A stretch of 64,000 nt of DNA. Origin: Trueperaceae bacterium (GTDB taxonomy: Bacteria > Deinococcota > Deinococci > Deinococcales > Trueperaceae). Positions within the stretch are counted from its first letter, which is position 1. Each line of letters begins with the position of its first letter. The translations under genes and the position numbers were made by a program. The notes under the pieces are model-generated. The model was not told the origin of the DNA. It saw nothing but the letters and a program-made list of their open reading frames with translations, and made no database searches. Below, in pieces: positions 1-9,641 of this stretch. The DNA is taken from NCBI GenBank assembly GCA_965213705.1, contig OZ243913.1, forward strand, positions 608,001-672,000, in the 5' to 3' direction.

Positions 1-2
1 TG

Positions 3-371
3 CAAACATCGCCTCTTCCTTCTCAGACGGAAATGGTCGTGCAACGTCTTAGCGAAAACGGGGCCGTCGATCCAAACTTCGGGCAGGGTGGGGTCGCGGT
101 GGTTGGCAGGGGAGGATACAGAACCTTGAAGGATTTAGCCGTGCAGCCCGACGGTAAAGTTGTTGTTTTGGATTACAACGCACTGGTGGCCCGGCTCAGC
201 GCGGACGGCGCTTTAGAGGCCAGTACCGTGGGCACTTCCGAAACCGCCGTAACCACTTTGGTGACGCAAGACAACGCTATCCTCATCGTCGGTTCCGTCT
301 CGAGCCGAAACGAGCACAAGTTCGCCCTCGCAAAGTTTCTGCCGCAAGCCGCCGGGGTTGAACGGCGCTGA
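3..371 (+). CDS. delta-60 repeat (beta-propeller) protein, C-terminal part; truncated by the window start
   Basis: Motifs RLSENGAVDPNFGQGG, LAVQPDGKVVV and ARLSADGALE; the frame is open back to base 3. Confidence 0.75.
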   Translation, partial: QTSPLPSQTEMVVQRLSENGAVDPNFGQGGVAVVGRGGYRTLKDLAVQPDGKVVVLDYNALVARLSADGALEASTVGTSETAVTTLVTQDNAILIVGSVSSRNEHKFALAKFLPQAAGVERR

Positions 372-433
372 CTCGAGCCTGAGTAGTTCGTCTCCGAAAA
401 GTTTTCAGGCTGTCCGCTCCAACCGGCTTACCG

Positions 434-724
434 TCAACCCAACTGCTTCTCCAGCTCGGCGGCGGCGTGGTCGAACTGGTCGGTGAGCCTTCGCAACGCT
501 TCTAGATCCTGCGCCTCGTTCAAAAACGTTTCAAAATAGCTCGCCAGCAGTTTGTGCGTCTCGCCGCTGGCCCTGACCGTGTCCATGCCCAGCGCTCTCA
601 GCGCGGCGTAGCGGTTGAGCGCGGTTTCTTTGAGAAGTTCTGTAAAAACCTGTTGCGTGTCCACGTGTACTCCTGTCTTGCTCGTGGGGTTGTCAGGGTT
701 GTTTTGTCGAGGTTGTTTTGTCAA
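434..724 (-). CDS. hypothetical helical protein, 96 aa
   Basis: ORF directly downstream of 744-1043 on the same strand; natural-looking composition. Confidence 0.6.
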   Translation of the reverse strand: MTKQPRQNNPDNPTSKTGVHVDTQQVFTELLKETALNRYAALRALGMDTVRASGETHKLLASYFETFLNEAQDLEALRRLTDQFDHAAAELEKQLG

Positions 725-743
725 GGTTGCTTGGCAGCGCGGC

Positions 744-1043
744 TCACCGGGCGTCTCGAGCGAGAAGCTGTTCGGCTACGCTTTCCCACTCCGACTCTAA
801 ACCCACCTCGGGGAGGGTTGCCCCGGCGCGCTCGTACCAGTAGCGCGCGTTCGCGTCGTCGCCTTCTTTGCGGTGGAGGTAGGCGTGGACGAGCGCGGCG
901 TCCCGGCCGTCATCATCTTGAGCGAAGGTGTGTGCGGCCTGCCAGTTGCCGAACCCATCGGCCCACAGGGCTTTCAGGGCGGGGCTGAGGTCGTCGGGCA
1001 CGGTTTGGCGTGAGAGGCTGTCTTTGAACTCCGGTAGCGTCAT
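744..1043 (-). CDS. conserved hypothetical TPR-like protein
   Basis: Widespread motif WxxAHxxAQ...VHAYLHRKEGDxxNAxYWYxRAG. Confidence 0.8.
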   Translation of the reverse strand: MTLPEFKDSLSRQTVPDDLSPALKALWADGFGNWQAAHTFAQDDDGRDAALVHAYLHRKEGDDANARYWYERAGATLPEVGLESEWESVAEQLLARDAR

Positions 1044-1051
1044 AGCTCAGT

Positions 1052-2542
1052 TTAGACGCCCAAGCTTGGCACAAACTGCGGGGGCTGACGCACTTGCGTG
1101 GCTTGCTCTAAAGCGTAGGCGAACCCGAGCAGCGTGGCCTCCCGGTACGCCGCGCCGAAAAAAGAGATCCCCACGGGCAAACCGTCGACGTAGCCCGCAG
1201 GCACGGTGAGGTTCGGGTAACCCGCCACCGCCGCGAACGACGAGCTGCTGCCCAGGTAACGGTCGCCGTTGACGAGGTCGGTCGTCCAGGCGGGGCCGTT
1301 GGACGGCGCGACGAGGGCGTCGAGCTTGTGTTTCTCCAACACTGCGTCGATGCCCTCGGCGCGGGTCAGGCGGTGGTTGTCGCGCAGGGCTTGCAGGTAG
1401 GTTTTATCGGTCAGGGGACCTTTTTCAAGGGCTTTCTCGAGGTGCTTCTGGTCGAAATACTTCAACATCGCGCCGCTGTTTTCCCGGTTGAAGGCGATGA
1501 CATCCTCGAGACTTTTGATCGGCGCGTCCGGCCCCAAACTTTCAAAGTAAGCGTTCAGGCCGTGTTTGTACTCGTAGAGCATCACCTCGTACTCGCTTTC
1601 CTCGAACTTGCCCTTGGTCTCGAGGTTGGCATCCTCGACCAACTCTGCGCCCAAACTTTTCATGACCTCGAGGGCGTTTTCAACCACGGCGTCGGCCCGG
1701 TGGTGAAACCCGAACAGGTTGCGCGCCACGCCGATGCGCGCGCCTTGCAGGCCGTTGGTGCTCAAGCCGCTCGTGTAGTCGCTGAGCGCTTTGCCGTCGC
1801 TGTTTTGAGTGGCGGGGTCCGCGGGGTCGACGCCCGTCATGGCTCCCAACAAAATCGCCGCGTCCATCACGCTACGCGCCATCGGCCCGGCGGTGTCCTG
1901 CGAGGACGAGATAGGGATAATTCCGCTGCGGCTGACCAGGCCCACAGTGGGTTTTAAGCCGACGACGCCGTTGACCGACGCCGGGCAGGTTATCGAGCCG
2001 TCGGTTTCGGTGCCGACGGCCGCCGCACACAGGTTCGCCGCCACCGCCACGCCCGAGCCCGACGAGGAGCCGCAGGGGTTGCGGTCTAGGACGTACGGGT
2101 TTTTGGTCTGCCCGCCGCGGCTGCTCCAGCCGCTGCTCGAGAACGACGCCCGAAAGTTCGCCCACTCGCTCAGGTTCGTCTTGCCGAGGATTACCGCGCC
2201 CGCCGCGCGGAGTTGGGTAACCAAAAAAGCGTCTTGCAGGGGCGTTGAGCCCTCCAGCGCCAGCGAGCCCGCGGTGGTCGTCATGTCGGCGGTGTCGATG
2301 TTGTCCTTGAGCATCACGGGCACGCCGTGGAGGAGTCCGCGCACCCGGCCCATACCTCGCTCAGCGTCGAGTGCGTCGGCTACGGCAAGCGCCTCGTCGT
2401 TGAGTTCGATGACCGAGTTGAGGGTGGGGCCGTTTTTGTCGAGCCGTTCGATGCGCTCCAAGTACGCCTCGGTGACGGTACGCGCGGTCAGTTCGCCGGA
2501 GGCCATTTTTTCTTGCAGTTGCGAGATGCCGAGTTCTTCCAT
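1052..2542 (-). CDS. amidase-signature family amidase
   Basis: KDNIDT, GKTNLSEWAN, GSSSGS and GTETDGSI motifs. Confidence 0.95.
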   Translation of the reverse strand: MEELGISQLQEKMASGELTARTVTEAYLERIERLDKNGPTLNSVIELNDEALAVADALDAERGMGRVRGLLHGVPVMLKDNIDTADMTTTAGSLALEGSTPLQDAFLVTQLRAAGAVILGKTNLSEWANFRASFSSSGWSSRGGQTKNPYVLDRNPCGSSSGSGVAVAANLCAAAVGTETDGSITCPASVNGVVGLKPTVGLVSRSGIIPISSSQDTAGPMARSVMDAAILLGAMTGVDPADPATQNSDGKALSDYTSGLSTNGLQGARIGVARNLFGFHHRADAVVENALEVMKSLGAELVEDANLETKGKFEESEYEVMLYEYKHGLNAYFESLGPDAPIKSLEDVIAFNRENSGAMLKYFDQKHLEKALEKGPLTDKTYLQALRDNHRLTRAEGIDAVLEKHKLDALVAPSNGPAWTTDLVNGDRYLGSSSSFAAVAGYPNLTVPAGYVDGLPVGISFFGAAYREATLLGFAYALEQATQVRQPPQFVPSLGV

Positions 2543-2623
2543 AGGCGAGTTTACCGCCTCGAAAAAGACACAGCTTGGGGTCTCGAGCGCTGCCGCCGAA
2601 GCCAGGACATTTGTACCGGCTTT

Positions 2624-2650
2624 ATGAATGAACGTTCACTATAATACTTT
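2624..2650 (+). promoter_or_regulatory. palindromic TetR operator abutting a -10 box (leaderless tetR)
   Basis: TGAACGTTCA palindrome at 2629-2638; TATAAT at 2640-2645, 5 nt before the ATG at 2651. Confidence 0.7.
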
Positions 2651-3229
2651 ATGTTTACACAAAAAGTACCCCCTGAACCCACGCGTCGCGAACGACTGCT
2701 GGAGAGCGCCCTCGAGCTTTTCGCCGAGCGCGGGTACGCCGGAACCAGCGTCAAGGCCATCGCCGAGCGTGCCGGCGTTTCCCAAGGGCTGCTTTATGTC
2801 CACTTCGCCGACAAGCAAGCCCTGCTCGCGGCGCTGTTCGCAAAAGGGATGAGCGACGTCCGCTCGACACTCGTCTCCGACACGGCCGACTCAACCCTTA
2901 CCGGGGTGGGGCGCTTGGCGGCGCTTTTAGACAAAACGTACAAGCTTGTGCAGACCGGTCGGCCTTTCTGGCAACTGTTTTACACCCTGCGCTTTCAGAT
3001 GGCGGCGCTTGAGGCGCTCGGTTCCACCTTGCAAACCGGGTTGGCGGCCCTCCGGGGTGAGTTGGAAAGCGTGTGCAAAGACCTGAACTTGCCCGAGCCC
3101 GAGTTGGAGGCGCGGCTTCTTTTCGCAACCATCGACGGCGTCTGCCAACACGCCACCGTAGAGCCCGACTACCCTTTCAAAGAGGTTTTCGAACACCTGC
3201 TCAGCACCTATCAGGAGGTACCGTCATGA
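2651..3229 (+). CDS. TetR/AcrR family regulator
   Basis: N-terminal HTH: ALELFAERGYAGTSVKAIAERAGVSQGLLYVHF. Confidence 0.95.
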   Translation: MFTQKVPPEPTRRERLLESALELFAERGYAGTSVKAIAERAGVSQGLLYVHFADKQALLAALFAKGMSDVRSTLVSDTADSTLTGVGRLAALLDKTYKLVQTGRPFWQLFYTLRFQMAALEALGSTLQTGLAALRGELESVCKDLNLPEPELEARLLFATIDGVCQHATVEPDYPFKEVFEHLLSTYQEVPS

Positions 3230-4080
3230 CCCGACCCCCGTGGCTCGACACGTCGCTTTATCCCTTCGCCTCACATCGGCTCGAGGTCGGTCCGGGGCGT
3301 ATGCACTACGTCGACGAAGGCGCGGGCACCCCCGTCGTCATGGTCCACGGCACGCCGAGCTGGTCGTTTTTGTACCGGCACCTTATCAAAGAGGTGTCGC
3401 CGGAGTACCGCTGCGTCGCGCCCGACAACCTCGGCTTCGGCTTATCGGACAAACCCGAAGGATTTCCTTACACGCCCGCGGCGCACGCTGCAAACCTAGA
3501 AACCCTCATCGACACGCTCGGTCTCAAAGACATCGTCTTGGTCGTCCACGACTTCGGCGGCCCCATCGGTTTGTCGTACGCGCTTCAGCACCCCGAGAAC
3601 GTGCGGGCGCTGGTGGTGATGAACACGTGGCTGTGGCACAACCGCCCGCTCGAGCGAGCGGGGGGGCTGCTCGCCAACAGGTTCGGCAGGTTTCTTTACA
3701 GACAGCTCAACTTCGAAGCGCTGATACTGCGCTCGGTCTTTGCGGACGAGGTCTTGACGAAAGAACTTCTCCGGCACTACCTCGGCCCGTTCCCGACGCC
3801 TGCGAGCCGGGAACCGCTCTTCGCTTTTCTCGACACGATTCACGCTTCCAACACCTGGTTCGAATCGCTGTGGGCCGAACGTGAGGCTATCGCCGACAAA
3901 CCGGCGCTGCTGCTGTGGGGCGTGAAAGACAGGCTCGTACCGCCGAGCTTTTTGGCGCGCTGGCAAGAACTGTTGACGAACGCGAAAACCCTCGAGCTTG
4001 ACGCGGGCCACTTCGTCCAGGAAGAGGCGAGCGAGCGGGTCGCGCGGGCCGTCGGAGATTTTTTGAGGTCGGTGGCTTAA
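3226..4080 (+). CDS. alpha/beta hydrolase (haloalkane dehalogenase/OleB-like)
   Basis: HGTPSWS and HDFGG motifs plus catalytic GHF; ATGA overlap with tetR; GGAGG SD. Confidence 0.9.
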   Translation: MTRPPWLDTSLYPFASHRLEVGPGRMHYVDEGAGTPVVMVHGTPSWSFLYRHLIKEVSPEYRCVAPDNLGFGLSDKPEGFPYTPAAHAANLETLIDTLGLKDIVLVVHDFGGPIGLSYALQHPENVRALVVMNTWLWHNRPLERAGGLLANRFGRFLYRQLNFEALILRSVFADEVLTKELLRHYLGPFPTPASREPLFAFLDTIHASNTWFESLWAEREAIADKPALLLWGVKDRLVPPSFLARWQELLTNAKTLELDAGHFVQEEASERVARAVGDFLRSVA

Positions 4081-4115
4081 CTTAGGCGGGCGCTCGGTAA
4101 AAGTCGGCCGTTCGG

Positions 4116-4985
4116 TCAAGGCGCTCGACTTGTGCTTGCACCGCCTTTTAGCCCTTGCAACTCTCCGAACGTCACCAGCCGAATCCCGCACGCCTCGACT
4201 TTACGCCGCATCCGCGGGTCGGTCAGTGCGCGCAACTCGGTTTCGCGGCCCCGGTAGGCGTCGGCGGGCACGTCCAGGTAACCGGGGTGGCAGACCAACT
4301 CGGTGACGCCGTGAGGCAGCGCGCCCAGAATACGCAGCAGCGTCTCGGGCGTCGCGCCGCGGTCGAAAAAGCGCACCTCCAGGGCGTCGGGTTCCAGGGA
4401 GACGCGCGCGTACACGCCCATAAACGTCCCCGTCGACCAGCTTTTGAACAGTGAGGCGGCGGTGTGGCCGCCCACGCTCGGCTCGCGCTCGACGCGCAAA
4501 CCCGGCAGACCGCCGCGGCGGACGGGCAGAGCGTGGGCGTCGGCTAAGTCGAGCATCACCGCGCGGCAGACCGGGCTGAGCGAGCCGACGAGCTGGTGCG
4601 AGTCGAGGTGGTCGGGGAGAACACCCGCGAGTTCGACGAAGCGCGCCAACTGCGCTTCCAGCTCGAGCCGCACCTGCGCTAAGTGCCAGCGGCGCGTAGA
4701 AAAAAAGCCCCGCGTCACCCCGACGAACCGCCCGCCCGCGTCCACCAAACTCGGCACTTGCTCGGGTGGCAGCAGCGGCCGGCCGAAGGTGAGGTTGAGG
4801 TGCAACCCCAAACCCAGCGCGGGCGCGCGCCGCTGCACCAGCGCTATCCCCGCCGCCGCACCCGGCAGGTTGGCGAGCACGGTCGTCGAGGTGACGATGC
4901 CGCGCTCGTGCGCCTCTAAAATGCCCCGGTCAACCCCCGACGACAGCCCGAGGTCGTCGGCGTTGACGATCAAAAACTTGCTCAC
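4116..4985 (-). CDS. ChbG/YdjC/HpnK family deacetylase
   Basis: LIVNADDLG, GLHLNL, HLDSH and ELVCHPG motifs. Confidence 0.92.
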   Translation of the reverse strand: MSKFLIVNADDLGLSSGVDRGILEAHERGIVTSTTVLANLPGAAAGIALVQRRAPALGLGLHLNLTFGRPLLPPEQVPSLVDAGGRFVGVTRGFFSTRRWHLAQVRLELEAQLARFVELAGVLPDHLDSHQLVGSLSPVCRAVMLDLADAHALPVRRGGLPGLRVEREPSVGGHTAASLFKSWSTGTFMGVYARVSLEPDALEVRFFDRGATPETLLRILGALPHGVTELVCHPGYLDVPADAYRGRETELRALTDPRMRRKVEACGIRLVTFGELQGLKGGASTSRAP

Positions 4986-4988
4986 CGT

Positions 4989-5783
4989 TTATTCACTGGG
5001 CTGAGACGTGGTCGGCGGTAAGCCACTGCGGATAAGGGTTGAAAAGTCCGAACTGTCCCGGTAATGCCTGGCCGCCGCCTTGACGTTGTAGCGTTCGCGC
5101 AGCGCCTCGAGCGGCAAAGTCGTGTCGACGAACCCGCGCCGGTAGAGCGCTTTGTCCGACCAACCCGGCAACACCTTGGCGGGCAGGAGCGCCGGGAATG
5201 CGCCGGGGACGACCCTGTTCAAGTGCTCGAACAAGTTGGTCGTGCAGTTGTCGGTGACGCTGTTGTAAAACCGGGGCCGCTCGGCGAGCCGGTTGGCTTC
5301 AACCAACACGTCGAGGAGGAGCGCCCGCACCTTGGCGGGCGGCAGCTTGAGGGGGTAGAGGTAAACGTCGTGGTCGAGGTAGTGCGTGCGGCGCAGCACG
5401 AAGTCGCGTTCGGTGCCGAACAGGTACATCAGCTCGAACTCGCGCTGCAAACCCTTGACAATCGAGTAGCTTTCGCCCCGCTCCCGCCGCGCCTCGACCG
5501 ACAGGGCCAAGACCTCGCCACCCGCAAACTCGAAGCTGAAAAAAGTGTGGGCGATGGCCTGAAGCGCGCTGAACGACTCGATGACGAACCACAGACGCTT
5601 GACTCTGGACAGGTCGTAGGTGCGGTCGGTAACCGTGACTTTGTAGAGGGTGCCGGGGTCGCCGTAGGTCGTGTCGCGCACGTTGCTGAGGTGCAGTTCG
5701 TCGCCCTGCAAGGTCGCGCGGCTGAGCGCGGCCATGTCGGGGTCCCAGGTGCGGTCGTTGGAGGGCGTTTTGCGCTCAAACAT
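4989..5783 (-). CDS. DUF4105 (Lnb N-terminal-like) protein
   Basis: PSNDRxW, AHTFFSF, SVEARRE and FYNSVTDNCTT motifs. Confidence 0.85.
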   Translation of the reverse strand: MFERKTPSNDRTWDPDMAALSRATLQGDELHLSNVRDTTYGDPGTLYKVTVTDRTYDLSRVKRLWFVIESFSALQAIAHTFFSFEFAGGEVLALSVEARRERGESYSIVKGLQREFELMYLFGTERDFVLRRTHYLDHDVYLYPLKLPPAKVRALLLDVLVEANRLAERPRFYNSVTDNCTTNLFEHLNRVVPGAFPALLPAKVLPGWSDKALYRRGFVDTTLPLEALRERYNVKAAARHYRDSSDFSTLIRSGLPPTTSQPSE

Positions 5784-5986
5784 GCTTCAGCCTAGCTTAC
5801 CAAAGCCGCTCGGTGCGCTCGGTAAAGCGGCAGGACGACTGCTCTAGGTTCCAAGTTCGCTTTGCGAGTTGAGCTTGCCGGGACGACATTGTCAAGACGA
5901 CTTTGGTTCAGAAGCCAGTTTCTCATTGCGAGAGGTGTTAACGTTTGCGGTCGCGCGTAAACAGTTTGCGCAAGAAAGGACAAGAC

Positions 5987-7108
5987 ATGACACACGCTCG
6001 AGGTTTTTACCTTTTGGCAACCCTGCTGGTAGCGAGCTTGCTAGGCTTGGCAACGGCTCAAGACGACACTGTTCAAGGCGACCCGGTCGTCCTGCGGCTC
6101 GGCGACAGGGTCGAGACGCGGAGCGCCTTTGACGACAGCTTCGAAGTCGCCATGCGGGGCGTCGCTTCGCAACAGGGCGCGGAGTTGGACGACGCCCTGC
6201 GCGAACAGCTCAGCGTTTTTAAACCGCAGTTTTTAGAACAGCGGGCCACCGAACTCGCCCTCGTCGCCGAGGCCGAGCTGCGCGGCTTGAGCGTCAGTGA
6301 CGAAGAACTAGAGACGGAAGTCACGGCCTTGGAAGACAGCTTGAACGAGGACGAAACGCTTTCCACCGTCGTCACCGAAGCCGGGTTCAGGGACGAGGCG
6401 GCGCTCCGCGCTTACTTGAGTGAGCGTTTGCTGGTGCAAAAAGTCGTCGCCGCGCTCCGCGAGGAAGCCGCGCCGAGCGACGACGAGGTGCAAGCCGCTT
6501 ACGACGCTCGAGCCGAAACCTTCACCCAACCCGAGCAGGTCTGCGCCCGCCACATCCTCGTCGACAGCGAAGAAAAAGCCCAAACCATCCTCGAGCAGCT
6601 CGAAAACGGCGCGGACTTTGCCGAACTCGCCACTTCTGAGAGCACCGACCCCGGCTCGGGCGCGAACGGCGGCGACTTAGGCTGCTTCGAACAAGCGAGC
6701 ATGGTCGAACCCTTCGGTGAGGCGGCCTTTGCGGCCGAACTGAACACGCCCGTCGGGCCGGTGCAGACCCAGTTCGGTTACCACCTTATCGAAGTTTACG
6801 ACCGCCAAGAAGCCGGGCAACTCTCCCTGGACGAGGTACGTCCGCAGCTCGAGCAAGAGTTGGCCCAAGAAAAGTTCGGCACCGAAATCGAAACCCTCCG
6901 CGCCGACTCCGGCGTCGAAGTTTTCCCCGAAGCCGCGGGCCTCAATCCTGAAACCCAGCCTGATGGTAGCGAAACTGGGGGCGAAACCGGTGGCGCAACC
7001 GGCAGCGAGACGGGTGGGGCGCAAGACGGTGAGACGGGCGGCGCTCAGGGTCAAGAAACCGGCGGCAGTGCCCAGGACGGCGAAACGGGTGGGGCGGACG
7101 GGCAGTAA
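5987..7108 (+). CDS. secreted parvulin-type peptidyl-prolyl isomerase (PrsA/SurA-like) with a Gly-rich repeat tail
   Basis: Signal peptide; ARHILV, STDPGSxxNGGDLG and TQFGYHLI motifs; SD GAAAGGA before ATG 5987. Confidence 0.92.
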   Translation: MTHARGFYLLATLLVASLLGLATAQDDTVQGDPVVLRLGDRVETRSAFDDSFEVAMRGVASQQGAELDDALREQLSVFKPQFLEQRATELALVAEAELRGLSVSDEELETEVTALEDSLNEDETLSTVVTEAGFRDEAALRAYLSERLLVQKVVAALREEAAPSDDEVQAAYDARAETFTQPEQVCARHILVDSEEKAQTILEQLENGADFAELATSESTDPGSGANGGDLGCFEQASMVEPFGEAAFAAELNTPVGPVQTQFGYHLIEVYDRQEAGQLSLDEVRPQLEQELAQEKFGTEIETLRADSGVEVFPEAAGLNPETQPDGSETGGETGGATGSETGGAQDGETGGAQGQETGGSAQDGETGGADGQ

Positions 7109-7402
7109 ACAGAAAATGAGATAAAGAGTGGGAGGGTCGCGAGTTGACTCTCCCACTTTACTTTTGCGGCGTCGGCTGTGGCTATGACTTTGATGAGGGC
7201 TCGAGGCGCACCGAGACAGTTTAGATGAGTCGGGTTGCAGACCAACGTTGCAGACCGACGTTGTACGGAATCCTGGGGGTGAGGTGGTGAAACGCTGCTT
7301 GTCACTTTTGGTTCAAGTCCGACTAATGGAAAACTCTCTACCTTGGTGAGTCCAATTTCAACCCAGTGAATTTTGAAGCAGTTTGGTAGGGAGTGTTTTA
7401 GC

Positions 7403-7435
7403 TTGCCATTTTGACCAACTATGACCATAATGGTT
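7403..7435 (+). promoter_or_regulatory. toxin-antitoxin operon promoter with probable operator repeats
   Basis: TTGCCA-N17-CATAAT; TGACCA repeated twice; near-palindrome ACCATAATGGT. Confidence 0.5.
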
Positions 7436-7453
7436 TAGTGAGGTGTTGCGGAA

Positions 7454-7711
7454 ATGTCAACAACGAATGTAGCCGAGGCTAAAGCTCACCTGTCCATGTT
7501 GATTGAGAAAGCACTGGCCGGGGAGGAAGTGGTGATCAGCAAGCACGGAAAGCCGATGGTAAAGCTCATTCCTTATGAACGCGACACTCGGCCCCGTGAT
7601 ATGAGCGTTCGTATCTGGGAGGGTGAAGTCTTTATGGCAGAAGACTTTGACGAGCTGCCCGCCGAGCTTGTGGAGGCCTTTACAGGCGCGTTAGATGAAC
7701 CTGCTGCTTGA
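7454..7711 (+). CDS. Phd/YefM family antitoxin
   Basis: NVAEAKAHLSxLIE...GEEVVISKHGKP. Confidence 0.93.
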   Translation: MSTTNVAEAKAHLSMLIEKALAGEEVVISKHGKPMVKLIPYERDTRPRDMSVRIWEGEVFMAEDFDELPAELVEAFTGALDEPAA

Positions 7712-8072
7712 TACTCACACCCTAATCTGGGTGTTCGACAACAACCCTACTCTGTCTAAAGCCGCTAGCGAAGCGATAGCCGATGGTCAGAATGAGGTGT
7801 TTGTCAGCGCGGTCACTGTGTGGGAAATCGCTATCAAACGCGGCCTGAAGAAGTTGGAACTGAAGGGTGACTACCAGCGCGGTCTCGAAATCTACCGCTT
7901 TACGCCCCTCCCAATCAGCACAGAACACGCTCTTGCCGTGGAGCACTTGCCCCAGCACCATACTGACCCCTTTGACCGCTTGCTGGTAGCTCAGGCTCAG
8001 CTCGAGACGCTGACCCTTGTTACGAGGGATGAGCGCTTCAAAGATTACGGCGTCACAACGATAGGGGCATAG
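7695..8072 (+). CDS. PIN-domain (VapC-like) toxin
   Basis: LLLDTH, SAVTVWEI, HTDPFDRLLVAQA and LVTRD motifs; overlaps the antitoxin gene. Confidence 0.93.
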   Translation: MNLLLDTHTLIWVFDNNPTLSKAASEAIADGQNEVFVSAVTVWEIAIKRGLKKLELKGDYQRGLEIYRFTPLPISTEHALAVEHLPQHHTDPFDRLLVAQAQLETLTLVTRDERFKDYGVTTIGA

Positions 8073-8082
8073 GGGGGAGTTG

Positions 8083-8318
8083 ATGAAAACCAGTGACAAA
8101 GATTTTACCCTCAGCAGCGGTAATATATTTGCTGACCTTGGGTTTCCCAACGCTAAAGAGTTGAAAACTAAAACCAACCTCATCCTGCTTATCATGCGGA
8201 CTATTAAGCAGCGGGGCTGGACTCAGCAGCAGGCCGCCGATGCACTCGGTATCAAGCAACCGGACGTGTCAGCGCTGAGCTGAGGGAAAAACTCGAGCAC
8301 TATTCGGTCGATGCGTTT
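8083..8318 (+). pseudogene. XRE/HigA-like HTH antitoxin remnant
   Basis: SSGNIFADLGF...WTQQQAADALGIKQPDVSAL, then TGA at 8281; the expected LEHYSVD continues in another frame after an A5 run. Confidence 0.75.
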
Positions 8319-8390
8319 CGAGCCACCCGTTCAGTTGGTCCACAGCAAAAGACAACGTCCTGCATCCGGGTTCTGCGTTTCTACCCTCAC

Positions 8391-9023
8391 CTAAGGTGCC
8401 AACCGCTCCACCCGCCACCCCTCACCCTCTCTGACGTAGCGCAACCGGTCGTGCAGCCGGTTGGGTCGGCCTTGCCAAAACTCTATTCGGTCAGGCTCGA
8501 GCGCGTACCCGCCCCAATCCTCAGGCAGCGGGACTTCTTCGGGATATTTTTCCTCCAAGGCCTCGAGCTTTTCCTGCAACACCTCACGACTCTCGACAAC
8601 TTCGCTCTGCGGCGAGGCGAGCGCGCCTAAGCGGCTGCCGTAGGGGCGGCTGTCGAAGTAGGCCTTCGACGCCTCGCGCGACACCTTGCTCACCCGGCCT
8701 TCGACGCGCACTTGGCGCTCGAGCGCGTCCCAGTAAAAGGACAGCGCGGCTTGCGGGTTTTCAGCCAACTCGCGGCCCTTGCGGCTGGCGTAGTTGCTGT
8801 AAAAGATAAAGCCGCGTTCGTCTAAGCCTTTGAGTAATACCAGGCGGCTCGAGGGCTGCCCCGCAGCGCTGGCGGTGGCGAGCGTCATGGCGGTGGGCTC
8901 GCGCAGACTGCTGGCGAGCGCCTCGTCCAGCCAAGTTCGAAACTGCTCGATGGGGTCAGGTTTGACCTTGGCCTCGTCAAGCGCGCCCGCCTCGTAACTT
9001 TTGCGAATATCGGAAAGAGCCAT
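8391..9023 (-). CDS. pdxH: pyridoxamine 5'-phosphate oxidase
   Basis: RLVLLKG, SRKG, ERQVRVEG and EFWQGRPNRLHDR motifs; start placed 7 nt after TAAAGT. Confidence 0.96.
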   Translation of the reverse strand: MALSDIRKSYEAGALDEAKVKPDPIEQFRTWLDEALASSLREPTAMTLATASAAGQPSSRLVLLKGLDERGFIFYSNYASRKGRELAENPQAALSFYWDALERQVRVEGRVSKVSREASKAYFDSRPYGSRLGALASPQSEVVESREVLQEKLEALEEKYPEEVPLPEDWGGYALEPDRIEFWQGRPNRLHDRLRYVREGEGWRVERLAP

Positions 9024-9337
9024 GCCCCACACTTTAAGGGCTTTGCCATGGCGCTTCAGAGGTCGACGCCACGCTTTGGCAGGTCAGTTTTTTGTGAGAA
9101 GGCCGTAAGGAATTTGTGTGAGACCGTCCCTATACTTGAGGGGTGCGCTGAAACTACCCTCGCAACGTCCCCTTCACCGTCTTACGCTTTCTCTCAGCGC
9201 ACTTTATTTGTCAACGTTTATACGCCAACGCGGTGAGCTTGTAAACTCGCGTCGTTTGTTGCTCGAGCACGTTTATTTGAGAGTGCAATACAGTCAGCCG
9301 CGCCCCCGTCTCCTAGAGTGAATCAGGAGGCACCAAC

Positions 9338-9631
9338 ATGGACAACGACAGCACTGCACGCTACGGGCACCGCCCCGAGCACATCAGCGACGACGACCAG
9401 CGCGAGCGCGACGGGGTTTACCCAACCGAGTACGACCTTGAAGGTGAAGAAGCGATGGCCCAACGCGACGAACTGGAACGGCAAGTCGCAACCCTCATCC
9501 AAGACGCCGAGGACTGGCTGCAAAATTCCAACGAGCCCGACGCGCAGGAGATTTACAACCTTATGATGGAGTTGCACGAACGGCTCGGCAACCCGCCCGA
9601 AGAGGGCCAAGCCATCGTCACCGGCCCATGA
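9338..9631 (+). CDS. small acidic hypothetical protein
   Basis: AGGAGG SD; 97-aa ORF directly upstream of the YyaL-like gene. Confidence 0.65.
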   Translation: MDNDSTARYGHRPEHISDDDQRERDGVYPTEYDLEGEEAMAQRDELERQVATLIQDAEDWLQNSNEPDAQEIYNLMMELHERLGNPPEEGQAIVTGP

Positions 9632-9641
9632 TTACCGGCCC

